A stretch of 63,921 nt of DNA, the filler included, from Diploschistes diacapsis (Eukaryota), in NCBI GenBank assembly GCA_023645945.1. It is 17 parts of 17 records of this genome, joined end to end, with 100 filler letters (N's around TTAATTAATTAA, not from the genome) between each part and the next. Parts side by side here need not be neighbours in the genome. Positions count along the whole stretch, not along the records: positions 31,327 to 52,193 come from JALAIB010000323.1; 16 more parts are not named here. One strand, given 5' to 3'. The notes below the pieces were generated by a model, which did not search any database, was not told where the DNA came from, and worked only from the letters and a program-made list of their open reading frames with translations. Position 1 is the first letter of the stretch; each line of letters starts with the position of its first letter. A program made the position numbers and the translations under genes. Positions 35,833 to 47,820 of this stretch are shown one piece after another.

Positions 35833-37518
35833 TCAGAGATTAACGATGAATCTTTCTCTCAACATGGGTCCATAGTAGTAGAACAACGGCGGACCTGGTG
35901 ATAGTAGAACCCCCAGACCGGCGAGCAAGGTAAAGCCCCATCCGTAACCCAGGCCTGCGAAGAGGCTCGGGGAGATGACGGGGACCACGCCTCCAACTAC
36001 CGCTCGGAAGACTGCGCCCGCTGCTATCGCGGAGGCAGCATATTTCTCGAATGCGTCGATGTAGTAATTCTGCACGGAAGAAAACACTATCTGCTGGCCG
36101 ATGGAGAAAAACGGCATGCTGGCCACGGCTGCTGCCCAATGAACCTGTTTCTGTATACACCACCCAAACCAGAGTAGGGAAAGGGGGACCAGGACGCTGC
36201 CAACATTTGCCAGCGGCAACCTGTACTCGGGCTTCGGAATCCCGTTATGCTTCCTTGTCAGCGCGTTGAAGATGGTGTCTATCCTAGGAACGATAAGCAC
36301 AACGGTCAAGAAACTTCCACCTCCAGGTGCAAGATAGAGAAGCCCTGTTTGCAAGGACGAGAAGTTGTAAGGCTCTGATCCAAAGATTCTCGGATAGTTG
36401 GTATATAGAGCGTACATGGTTCCGAAAAGGATTGCCTGGTACATTGCCATGGTGAGCACAATGGGCTGAAGGAACAAGATTTTCAATGGTCTTTGCATCG
36501 AATAAAACATCTTGGTACGGGTAGGTCGTGTATCTTCTCCGGGGTAGTAGCAGTAAGTATTTGGCGAGTTCCGTTCGTACTCTGCCTTACGTGCTGCAAG
36601 AATAGCAGGGGCATAGGTTTCCTGTAGCAAGAAGAAACCTGCTAATGTGTTTACAGAGCATACGATGGTCAAGGCCCCAAAGATCCAACGCCAGCTCAGA
36701 AACTCATTGATTAGTCCGCCAAAAAGAGGTCCTATTGCTGGCCCAAGCAAGGGTCCCATCAAATAGTAACCGTAAACACCCGCCCTCTCGGATGGCACAA
36801 ACATGTCACTAAGCGTACCTCCACCATCTATATGTTATGTTAGCCAAGTACCTTCACCAGGATGGACCACTTTACTGGCTATGCCGACGCTGCCAAAAAA
36901 GCCGGCTAGGGTTCGAAAGACTATAAGAGTTTCCACATTCGGACAAAAAGCGGTGGGTATCTGGAGTAAGGCAAACCTGTCCAGAAGTCAGTTTCATTGG
37001 CCAAAAGTCTCATAGCAACTACGAACACTGAGAAGCAGATCAGGTAGAGCTTCCGCCTCCCAAAGGTTTCGGAAAGAGGAGCAAGAACGAGGGGTCCGAT
37101 GCCTAAAAAGACCAGAAACCCTGTCGTCGATGCCATGACTGCGCTTTCGGTCGTCTTGAGATCCTTCGTGATAATTGGAATCCCGGGATTGAACATGGCG
37201 CTCGCCAGGGGGCTGAGGACAGCCATGAGCGCGATGACTGCGATGTTGGCATATTTGCGTCGCTTTGAGAAATTCCTCGGATCGCCCGGATCATTCTCGC
37301 TGAATTCGATCAGCTGCTTCAATCAGTGGTTAACTTTTCATGATCCTCCAAAAATTATATATCAAACGTCTTGTGGAGCAATCAAAAATGGGTGGGGGAT
37401 TTGGGCGAGGTGAGCAATGAATATGAATGGTCGATCTACATACCTTTCTTGGCTCACCACCGTCCTCAGATTCGCGAGAGATCAATGGTGAGCGTTCGTT
37501 CGCAGACCCGTTCGACAT
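35833..37518 (-). CDS. MFS drug:H+ antiporter (DHA1 family), multi-exon
   Basis: MSNGSANERSPLISR..., DPRNFSKRRK, LAPLSETFGRRKLY, FRTLAGFFGS, GPLLGPAIGPLFGG, QETYAPAIL, PEYRL and YAASAIAA. Short GT-AG introns near 37314-37443, 36978-37026 and ~36830-36875. Confidence 0.9.
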
Positions 37519-38278
37519 TCTAGACAAATTTCTTAGATGAGAGCAAAGTCTCTGCAACCATTCCAAAGGTTTCAAGGAACATTAGGACTGGAGAATAATA
37601 CCCACATATCAGCAACGCTCAGCATTATTTTTACAAGTCGCCGTTAGATAGTTCTCAAGCTGTTGATGATGACGCACGGGATTGTCTATACGAGGTCCAG
37701 TACAGCATCTGCAGTAGCCGTTCCCACTTTGAGCTTCTCTATCTATGCATCGGATGTCTTAGAATACATTATAGTTATAGCAGCCGTGATCGGTGCAGTA
37801 AACCCCCATAGCATGATATGCATTTTAGCGCACAGTATCTTTATAATGCGCAATCACAAATCACAAAGGCAAGTCGATGGTAATGGACTATGGGGGGTGG
37901 GTAACGCCGGCGTGGGAACCCAAGATAAGTCTCAGTAATTATTATTAAAGGTCTTATCAATGCTCAAGTATCTGCTAGAAGGTATAAAACCTATTTAGAT
38001 CCATGAAAGCCATATGTTCATGAAGCTTTTGGCAGCTTCCCTCCTCAGTAGTCTCGAATGCGTGTCAAGTTCCTGGTTAGCCGGAGCTCGAAGAGCGTGG
38101 TCAAGTCGCTACGAGGTTAACTTTCAATACACTCCTTCTCTCCATTCTCTCACTTGGAGATGAACCGATATTAATAGTCCCTATTGTTCATTCCTTCCTA
38201 GCCAAATCATCCATCAACCTTGTAACACCCAGGCAAGGTGGACATGGCTCATAAGTCATTAAAAAGTCGTAGCAAGCA

Positions 38279-39325
38279 TTACCTCGACTCGGGCGAATAA
38301 TGCGTCATTCCGTCGCCGTTTCCGGTCGCAAAGTTGCTGCTGTTGTTGTTGTTGTTGAGTCTCGAACCTTCACCCCGCATGGTCTCTCTGCTGCGCAAAA
38401 AATAGTTGCGAACGCCCATCTCTTTCTGCAAAAAGACGGCCGTCTTCTCCAGTCGCCGGATGTCCCTCGTCACCTCCCACGCATCTTCGCCCTCGGCGAC
38501 GGCAACCACTCTCTTGCCCACGACACCGACCATGGCATCGTCGAGATCTGTATAGAAATCCGCGATCGTTGAACGGTCAACTTCGGTCTCCTCGCCCGAG
38601 TTGTGTGAGTTGAGATTGCCAGCCAGTTTGATCAGGGACTCGAAGGCAAAGGCTGGTCCAGTGGGAAGAGTGCTCAGATACGTGATCTTTGGAAGTAGTG
38701 TTGCCAATGTGGCCGTGACCGTGGATGCGGGTATCGGTGTAGGAAGTGAATCGGCAAGGTGGTGCAGCGAGAAGTTGATCATAGTCATTTTGCGATCCAG
38801 CTGAGTAGCCAAAGTGCTGGCAGCGACTGGGGAGTTTGACGCAATCAAGGAAGAGAGCTCCGACGGCAAGTCCGGACGTAGCCCTCTCTTGTCTATCCAA
38901 TTGTGAAGAGCAGCTTTCTCGGACTCGAGCCGGTTGATTTCCGCATTGGCCGAGTCGATGTCTGCCTGCATAAGGTTGATGCGCTCGGTGTAGGGCTTCA
39001 ATGCTTCGTTGAAAGCACGAGTAAGCATGTCAGGAGCCGGTGCGAAATCCATCGGGCTGTCCATTGCAGCGTCACCGTTGACACCTCGATCCACCTGAGG
39101 CTGTGATGACGAGTAGTGATTTTGGTCATAGTGGTTGGGCTCAGGCTGGGATCTTCGCATCATGTCGAGCGTAGGATTATACTGAGAGTCTTTCTGCGCT
39201 ACAAAGGACTTGTTTTCCTTGTTTGACTGAGGGCGGATGTGTTGCTGGGGTTCCGGGTAGTCACGGGAATAGTCGTCCTCGAACTTGGAGGTTCGGTCTC
39301 GAGATAGTCTTCGGAACCAGGACAT
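38279..39325 (-). CDS. Hypothetical protein with central coiled coil
   Basis: Single ORF from ATG 39325 (MSWFRRLSRDR, 348 aa). It has a disordered N-terminus, a heptad segment FNEALKPYTERINLMQADIDSANAEINRLESEK and a helical C-terminal part. No family recognised. Confidence 0.75.
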   Translation of the reverse strand: MSWFRRLSRDRTSKFEDDYSRDYPEPQQHIRPQSNKENKSFVAQKDSQYNPTLDMMRRSQPEPNHYDQNHYSSSQPQVDRGVNGDAAMDSPMDFAPAPDMLTRAFNEALKPYTERINLMQADIDSANAEINRLESEKAALHNWIDKRGLRPDLPSELSSLIASNSPVAASTLATQLDRKMTMINFSLHHLADSLPTPIPASTVTATLATLLPKITYLSTLPTGPAFAFESLIKLAGNLNSHNSGEETEVDRSTIADFYTDLDDAMVGVVGKRVVAVAEGEDAWEVTRDIRRLEKTAVFLQKEMGVRNYFLRSRETMRGEGSRLNNNNNSSNFATGNGDGMTHYSPESR

Positions 39326-40083
39326 GATGAAGAAGGACAACGGTAACTTGTGCGCGACAAGAGGCAATATTAACAGAAAGGAAGTGAGCAAAGCACCAGT
39401 TCAAGATTTGTGGGAGGCTGGTGATAAAGTGTCTGGGGATGGGAAGGGAAGAGTTGTGCTGGTAGGTGGTTGGGAATAGCCTGCTCCACTCGACTCGCAT
39501 CAGCCCCTGCGAAATGCGTCCAGAACCGCTACGATGCATGCACAGTACCGCCAGGAAGTGATTGGCACGCAGTTGATTCAAAATATTAGAGCGTGTTCAA
39601 CGCTCAATGGGCGACGTGAAGTTGTCAGTGGATGTTCTCGAAGAAAGTGCGCATAATCCCTCCTCCCTTCCTTTGCGCCCGACCCGAACTAAAAGTTTAT
39701 CCGACATCACCATGATCCGTGCGGAATCCCGAGATGGGATATGGGGATATGGGGATATGGGATTCGCACACAGCACACAGCGTCGTGGTCGGTTTTAACC
39801 CATGGTATTAACTATGGGACAAACACGAGAGAGAGAGAGCCCCGTGAGATCGGGAGCCGAGTCCGTGCATGGCTATCGGGTACTACTAGGTAGCTACTAG
39901 CTAGTGAAGAGTGTCTGGTCAAAGCTTCTCAAGCTCGTTCCTCCAAAAAGGAAATACTCAAAACATTTCTCCGAAACTCACAATGTCTACATTCATTACA
40001 TCCTGACTATCCCATCCGTACATCCCTCACACCGAACCACCTCCATCCAGACCTAATTGCCTAGTTCCTCCTGCCTGCTCATA

Positions 40084-41277
40084 ATGGCGCCCGTATCAAT
40101 ACCGCTTAATTCAAAGTCGGCTGCTAAAGATATCAAGAGGGAATCCGGCACAGCACGTTTGCTTGGATCAGGTAAAGAGACGCCCAGGAGCCCTTTGGTT
40201 TCTAAGCAGCTGACACTGGTTAGGGTCCGCTGGTGTTGCCGAGCTGTTAATCTTTCATCCAGTCGACACAATAGCGAAGCGCTTGATGAGCAATCAGGCA
40301 AAGGTATGGCATTAGAAAGAGAACGGACGGAGAATAGCTAAGAGGAGCTTAGATCACGTCCGCTGCGAACCTAAACACAGTCATCTTTAAGAGTCACGCA
40401 AACGAAGGACTGGTCCGGAAATTCAGATCGCTTTTTCCCGGTTTGGGATATGCTGCTGGATATAAAGTGCGCATAATGTTCTTCGCATTGGAGACCCCTT
40501 CCTCTAATGGATTACTAGATCCTACAACGGATATACAAATATGGCGGCCAACCGTTCGCCCGAGACTACCTCGCAGAGCATCATGGAGATTTCTTCGACA
40601 AGCAATTTGGGAAAGGAACTGGGAAAGCTATGATGCATGCGACTGCGGGAAGGTAGGCCATAAAGCCAAACCGCAGAGGAACAAAAAGCGTTGACAAGCA
40701 CGCAGTTTAATTGGCATCGGCGAGATCGTCCTACTACCCCTCGACGTCCTGAAAATAAAGATGCAAACAAATCCAGAGGCCTTCCGCGGTCGAGGAGTTT
40801 TCAAAATTGTCGCGGATGAAGGCTTCGGCCTATACAGAGGCGCGGGCTGGACAGCAGCGCGCAATGCGCCCGGTTCATTCGCTGTGAGTGCTTCCCCAAA
40901 CCTCCACATACGCAACGCGGGCCTAAATCTCTGAAAAACAGCTCTTCGGCGGATCTGCCTTTGCGAAGGAGTATATCTACGGCCTTACAGACTACAACAA
41001 AGCCTCGTGGTCACAAAACTTTGTCGCCTCCGTGGCCGGCGCCTCGGCGTCTCTAGTGGTCTCCGCACCCCTAGACGTCATCAAGACGCGGATACAGAAC
41101 CGCAACTTTGAGAACCCGGAGAGCGGTTTCCGAATCCTGTCGAATATGGCCAGGCAAGAGGGTTTCACGAGTTTCTTCAAGGGTCTCACGCCGAAACTGC
41201 TCATGACGGGGCCGAAGCTGGTATTCAGCTTCTGGCTGGCGCAGACACTCATACCGGCTTTTGGAAAGGTTGTATGA
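40084..41277 (+). CDS. GGC1: Mitochondrial GTP/GDP carrier (6 exons)
   Basis: Spliced product ESGTARLLGSG-SAGVAELLIFHPVDTIAKRLMSNQ...SLFPGLGYAAGYK-ILQRIYKYGGQPF...IGEIVLLPLDVLKIKMQTNPEAFRGRG...ARNAPGSFA-LFGG...SAPLDVIKTRIQNRNF...GLTPKLLMTGPKLVFSF. Three Px[D/E]xxK carrier motifs and Ggc1/Yhm1-specific sequence. Confidence 0.95.
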
Positions 41278-42121
41278 GAGACCATGGTAGGACCTGGGAT
41301 GTATTCGTTGTCTCCATAGTAGCATGGGCGGCTTAGCGTTTGGGATCTAGGAAATCATGATGGAAACTCCACTTTCCGCGTATCTAATGTTTAGTGAAGT
41401 TGAGGTGGCAAGATAGCGTGAGATTACGCTCAAGGGTCGCCAAAGCCTGAGCAGGAAGCTTTGCGACCAGGCCTGGGTACCGCTGGTACATCAATGGAAT
41501 GTTCCCCCATTTCTTAAAAGTAGACTTTAGCCAACTAGAGGTGCTGAAAGTCTTCCGAAGAGTGCAACGCCGATCCCCCATACTCCGAAGATGCGTCCGA
41601 CTAAAGGGCGGTATGTAATTGCGTTTAATGCCGCGCCTACTGCACAATTCCATCACCAGACCCTCTACAAGCCCGTTTATACAAAACCGGTTTATTTACG
41701 GAGGTGCTGCGTGGCTTATGTCTTGCAGATTGAACAAGTGTTGTGCCTGATGAGCTATTAACATCGCCCGCACAGGGCTTGCAGACAGATATCTATGGGG
41801 ATCAATTTCTTCGCAAAGCAAAGCATCAGACGGCCCAAGAATCTGCAAAAATTTTTTGGCTCTGCTATGCCACGATACTACTTGACATCTCGAATCCTAG
41901 TGAACTTACTGGTGGTTTTCTGCGCCAAAAAAAGAGGCTGTACGAGCCTTTTCTGATTTAGCATAATTGGTCGCTCGGCGCTCAGTGGAAATGAGTTAGC
42001 ACCAAAATTTGCAGGTAAATCTAATCGCTTTGCTCCAGATGTTTACGTTTTCTATACGCACAAGCAGCTGCTTTCTTTGCACAAATGACTGAATCTATCA
42101 TGATCCCCGCGCTGTTATCTC

Positions 42122-45100
42122 CTAGTGAAACTGCTTGAGGTGGTTGGGCCCTTGAGATGATTCTCTGGGTACTGTGTGCGATTTCTTCGTGATCATTTCT
42201 CTCGAGTCAATTCCCACATGGTTTTTATCATTGCCATCTTCCGCAACCATTTTTGAGCCTAGGGAAAACCTCAAGAGAATCTCTATCATATTAAGATCTC
42301 CTGCCGAGCTCGCTGGATGTGTTAAAAGATTGCCTTCGGCGTCTCCAAGGATGGAGCAAACTTCGTGCTTTAGAAGGGATTTTGACGGTTTGAACCTCGT
42401 ACGTGAGCAACATAGTCTTGGAGATGCTGCAATCAGAGTGCATGTGGAAAGGATGATCAATGGATTCCAGGAGTCGAAAAGAATTTCTTCGTGCACTTCC
42501 CGTGAGGCTCTTATATATTAATATAAAAGGGGCCTTTTTGATAATGGCGTTTATAAAGGTTCTTCCTCTTTCAAAAGTCATTTAGGGCAATTTCGCGATC
42601 GGTCACGAGCGGGTCTGGGGAGGAAGCGAACAATAAGATGCTCTACGACGTCTAATTAACTGAATAATTGCAGCTTGTAGGCCTGTTATCTCTGAGCTAC
42701 CGGTGTTCTGGTTAACAGCAGCGCCGTACTGTAGTAGCTGGTATGCAACTTCTTTTTGGTTATCAGACATAGTTGGACTCCAGAAATTCACTGCCAAAGC
42801 AAGCGGCGTGATCCCAGCTCCATTGGGTTCATCCACCAACGCTCCCTTTTCAAGAAGCATTCCGACCGCCCACGGATCTTGTCGCCGAACAGCCAGGTGA
42901 ATTGGCTTATTCAGAGTCCCTAGGGGTGTAGTATTCAGGTCGGCGCTGTAATACAGGAGAAGAGCTAGGGCATCTTACCGATATTTTTTGAAAGGCTCGA
43001 AACCGCCTAGCAGAATCTTAAGCAAGGGAGATTCGACGCTTTCGTCTTTGAAATTAGGTTCGCGCCATTTGACAACAAAAAGAAAGTTAATTTGCTATGT
43101 CCTTTGTGGTAGGGGTGCTCAACAGCGAAATGCAGAGGGCACTTTTTGAACGGTGCATTGGGGTCGACTCCATAATCAAGCAGGGTCCTGGCTACTTTGA
43201 TATGCTTTTCGGTGCCACCCGCGCGCCACATGGTTGATAGGACCGGGGCGGGGGTTTCCTGCATGCTGTCAGCTATGGTTGTCCGCTTGGTTGGCTGATT
43301 TATTTTCACCTTGGTGCCAGGGTTGCAACCCATTTCCAGGAGCTGTCGAACTGCGGCGGGACTGTCTTGACGAGCGAAGGATTCAACCCATCGCTACGAA
43401 CGACCTTGCCTCCTCTGCAAGCTGAACAGGCCTCGTAGCTTCGTCTCAGTTGCTTCAGAGAGCATAGAGGTAGCTGCGGACGACTCAGCTTTCCATACCT
43501 GCCGCACGTACTGCTCTGCTGTAAAAAGCGGCTTTGGCTTCCACTTTTTCTGGGGTTTCTTCGCCCTGTGTTAGGCGGCTTTGCAGCCTCTTCTTTGATA
43601 TCAGCATTCGTATGACCCTCATCATTCGATATGAGCGAAGCAGCATGCGTGCCGAGGTTCTATAAGCTAGCTTCTTCGACGGCTTCGGCAAAGCATCCTT
43701 GGCCACGGCTAGTGAAACCTAGGCGCCTCATTGAATCTTTGTGCAAGTTTGATTGTCTTATGGTGTTCGCTTAGTGGATCTAGGGGGCTATTTGAAGTCT
43801 CGATAGCCTTCGAAGGCGACTTTTTAGAAGTCTTTGCTTGGCTTGCCGTTCGGTTTTCCATTTTCTTTCCGTCAGTTCAGATCTAGGCTTCCTGCACTTC
43901 ATCGGCATTCGGTACCAGGTGTACAGCCAAAGATTGCACCTTCGAAGTGCTTAGTTCTGTTGCTGCTGAGTCTCTTTCTTTTTCGTCGTTGATCTATGTG
44001 TCTTGTCTTTTATTTTCGAGATCTTACTAGATATTGACTCTCGAATCGATAATTCATCAACCACAATTTTCGATGGCTCCTCGGCTCGTTCTTCAACCGC
44101 TGTAGCCTGAGCATCACTAGCAGCTCTGAGGGCTGCGAGACTCTCTGTGAAAGATGAGTAATCAAATCCGACTGATCCCAGGTTCTAGCTGTGCCTTCAA
44201 CAGGCTTCTGATTTCCGGCTTGAAATTCTGCGATAATAGACTAGGGAAAATTGCCATCATCCTCGAAATCCAATGACAGTTTACCATCCTCAGACTCTGC
44301 GATAATAGAGTAAGCAAAATCGCCTTGTCGTACTGTGAGTTTTGAAGCGTCTGACTCCGAGTCGCTTTCCATGATATCGTAAGGGGGCTCTTCGGCATCC
44401 TCTGCGATATAATCGTTCCAACGTCCACTGATGTCTGGCACTGCAATGTCTGGTTTCAGAAAGTCTAGATTCCAAGGGTTATTGTTCATGGAAGCGTAGG
44501 TCCTAGGTAGTACCTTGAACAATGATATTGCTGGTACTGGCACAGTTTTCTTCAATCTTCTTCGGTTTGCTCGTTTTCTTGGATTGCGTATGGATGCTCT
44601 TCCATCGGGAATGCTCCAAGAACAGAGACTGGATCTATGTGCTCATGTGCTGTTTCAAGTAGACCATTATCACTGCTCTGGCCATGCTTGGATGAGTGAG
44701 ACTTTCCCTTGTGAGCATTAGAATCTTGAGGTAACGAAGGCGCTAGCGGCGCTGCCCCAGTCATATTCAGCGTCGTCGATGACCTGCGCACTAGCTGTTT
44801 CGGAAGCTTCGTGAATAGATGGATGGATCATCGACAGTTTGATCAGGGTCATCGCAGCGGATACGGCGCAAATGCTCTGCAAAGCTTGACTCAAGTATCT
44901 GATGCAGCAAAGAAATCGCTGATAATCGTTCAGCTTACTGTGGACGCAGCATACCTTGGAGCCAAATAAGGGGTTCAAATTCAGATTCTGGTCCAGTTTC
45001 TCTTCTAGTTCTCTCAGCCCACTTAGTAGTGCCGCTGGGGCTCCCCAAAACAACTTTATGTCGAGTACCAGTCTTAGACAGAAATGTTTGAAAGTCGTGG

Positions 45101-46193
45101 ACTCTATAACCTTTGGGGACGGACGTCATCTTGAGGAAGACCACACCCAGAGACCAAATATCAGTTGCGGGATTCCTCGGAGCATGATCTCGAGCTACTT
45201 CCGGGGGCACATATCTTTCAGTCCGGGACCGTGAGTCCAGGCAGTGCTTCGCTCCTCTCCAGCCCAGTCGTGAGACGACCCAAAGTCTGCTGCCAGTAGG
45301 TCACTACCTTTAATCAAAATATTTTCCAGCTTAATATCCTAATGCATATAGGCGATTGAGCTTGTAAGGCACCCGAAGAACGAGCGTAACGTTGGGAAAT
45401 TAGAGGCTGTAAATGCACCAAGATAAGTAGAAGGTTGCAGACGGCAACAGGTTCCATCAGTACTGCGAGATGGGACCTGTCCGTATAGCTAGCTGCCCAT
45501 GACTTTCAAAAGGTAGCGGTGCTTCAGTCTCTTTAGAGTTCTCAATTCTTGGTTAAAGCGTCCCATCCGCTCTAGCTTCTCTTTATGCAGTCCTTGCCCT
45601 TTGGATCTTTTTAATACATAGGATCGATGACTGAGCGAGACCAGACTTCATGTACTTCTCCAGACCCACCAGATCCCAGATACTTCTGCCTGACAAAGTA
45701 TGCCTGCCGTCTATACCAAGTTCAATCTCCTTCGCGCTCGTCAAAACGAGTTCCTAAAGCTTTTCAAATTGGCGTCTAGCATCCCTCAGTTCTAGTGGAA
45801 GCAGTGAGTAGCTCAAAGCAGCGACCAATCCGTTAAATCTTTAGCAATGAACGATTCTATTAAATCCTCTTCATGAGTCCATCTGAATACTGTGAAGAGC
45901 CTCGGGCGGCTGGCCCGACTTGACTGGTAGATTCTCAAAACATTTTGTGATGTCGACGACTGGGTTGATGGTATGTGCGCAGCTGCTCCCGATTTCCGAT
46001 CCAACGGAGGAAGCGCGCATAAAGCACCGAGCCTCTTTGCGGCATCCTAGACTCTGATGCTCTTAGTATTTCGGTACTTGAAGAGATTGGAAACATGTTG
46101 ATCATAGCAGCTGTGATATCCAGCACAATTCACTAGCAGTTTAACGTACGAGAACTGGGCCTCTTGGGATAAGACGACACCCTCACCAGGCAT
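42122..46193 (-). pseudogene. Protein kinase + C-terminal ankyrin-repeat pseudogene
   Basis: Fragments across frames with stops and frameshifts: YLGSGGSGEV (~45670), H*DIKLENILIK (~45330), ADFG (~45285), PPEVARD...TDIWSLGVVFL (~45200-45140), an acidic linker, then ankyrin repeats LLDYGVDPN..CPLHFAV, LLEKGALVDEPNGAGITPLALAV and LLQYGAAVN (42650-43200). Confidence 0.85.
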
Positions 46194-46939
46194 CACGATG
46201 CGCTGTCAACTTACCATCAAGATTGTATCCCAAGTATGTTACCAATATCAAGATTCTCTTGGCCGACAAGATTCCACCTGCAGTTTTCGAAAATAAAATA
46301 TTGCGGGTAGTGGTCAACTTTCGAGTTCCAGGCCTGTTTGCAATGCAGTCGCGGAAATGTCGGAGGCGAAAGCCAAAACGTGTTCAAGTTTATAAAGACG
46401 TCCAGAGACCCATCATGGCTGCCAGGCTCTAACTGTGCCGCTGGAATTGCTGTTCTGATAAGCATGAGTGTTTTGGCGTTCAAGGCCTGTGTCAAGGGCC
46501 TTCGGTTGATTGCAACTGCAAAATTGATGAGACAGCCTTGATCCGCACGAAAGTCGAGATGCAAGCTCCAATTGGGAGCATTGCGGCCGACATCTTCAAA
46601 CAGCTCGAGGGACTGCTGACAGACACCCGCTGCCCTGTTCTTGCTCTTTCATGGCCTTTATCGACAAAAGAGAGTGCAAGCCTCTCGTGGACGTAGCCTT
46701 TGCTTCCCACGTCTCACTCATAGACTGAGTTCAACTCACCATTCTGAACGATACTGTTAAGAATGGCACTGGAGGCCTTGTATAGGAATGATGCAGGCAA
46801 ATGCAAGCGTCGGGATTTGATCCAGTCTATCTATCTTAGGAGGGGTATTTGGTTTTGTGGTAAATTGAAACTGGTAAATCTCAAAAGAAAAGTTAGACTG
46901 ACTACTGCCAGACGCGTGAAGTCAAGCCTATTGCATATT

Positions 46940-47820
46940 AAGACGATTTTCCTTTTCCTCGCAGCAACTTCGTCTACGCTGTGAAGGTCGACTTGAAGCT
47001 TCTGGTTCGCAGAAGCATGCCCAACGGCAACCAGGCACTCATGCAATTCCAGCTGGACTCGGAAACTTCATAATCCGCCCCCCTAAGCCAATCTGGGGTT
47101 ACAACGACACAACTGGAGTGGAGAATGAGGTGGTAGCATTAGTAGCTATCATTCGTGATGCAATACATGCCAAATTTCCGGGCTTTGTGCCTCGCATTTT
47201 TGGTTGGGGAAGCGCAAGAGATAATGGCGAAGGTTGGATGCTTCATGAAAAGACTTCATGAGGCTATGCAAAGTTTGGGAAGCTTCCCAAAAGCTCTGGT
47301 GCATGGTGTCTTTAGTATGTCTTGAAGCTCTTGATATAGTCTTTTGTGAGAACGCTAACTTTAATCAAGCTCCTGAAAACATCTTATACGAAAAGAGCAT
47401 TATGCGTCTGACTGCTCTCCTGGATTTGGATTTTGCTCGTATTGGAACCTTCGCAGACGAGTTTTTATCCCCAAATGCAGGTTTTGGCCAGTTTACTTCA
47501 GCACGAGAGCCTGGAGAAATTTGGGGTTACGCAACGCCATGCTTGCAGTTTCCATCTGAGGTCGAGGTAGATTGGGGCATTGCTAAAGCATGGGACGACG
47601 CGCTCTGCAAGAACGGTGGCAAGAGACCTAGTACGATTGAGAGTATTGCAGCTTTATCCCGACTTGTTCTGGCTTTCTGGTCAGATGCTGCCTTTCAAGC
47701 TCTGCAATAAGGTAGCAGTGGGCGAATGCTAGTCCGGAAGAGCAAGCCGAACGGAAAGGAAAAGGTGAAAGAATGCTGATCAATTTCCTAGCTGACCATG
47801 GCTATTGGAATGTTTAACAT
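46940..47820 (+). pseudogene. APH/choline-kinase-like phosphotransferase pseudogene
   Basis: NFVYAV..., GVENEVVALVAIIRDA...VPRIFGWGS...GWMLHEK, then ENILY...LTALLDLDFARIGTFADEF and AKAWDDAL...KRPSTI. Frames are broken and the central part appears deleted. Confidence 0.65.
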
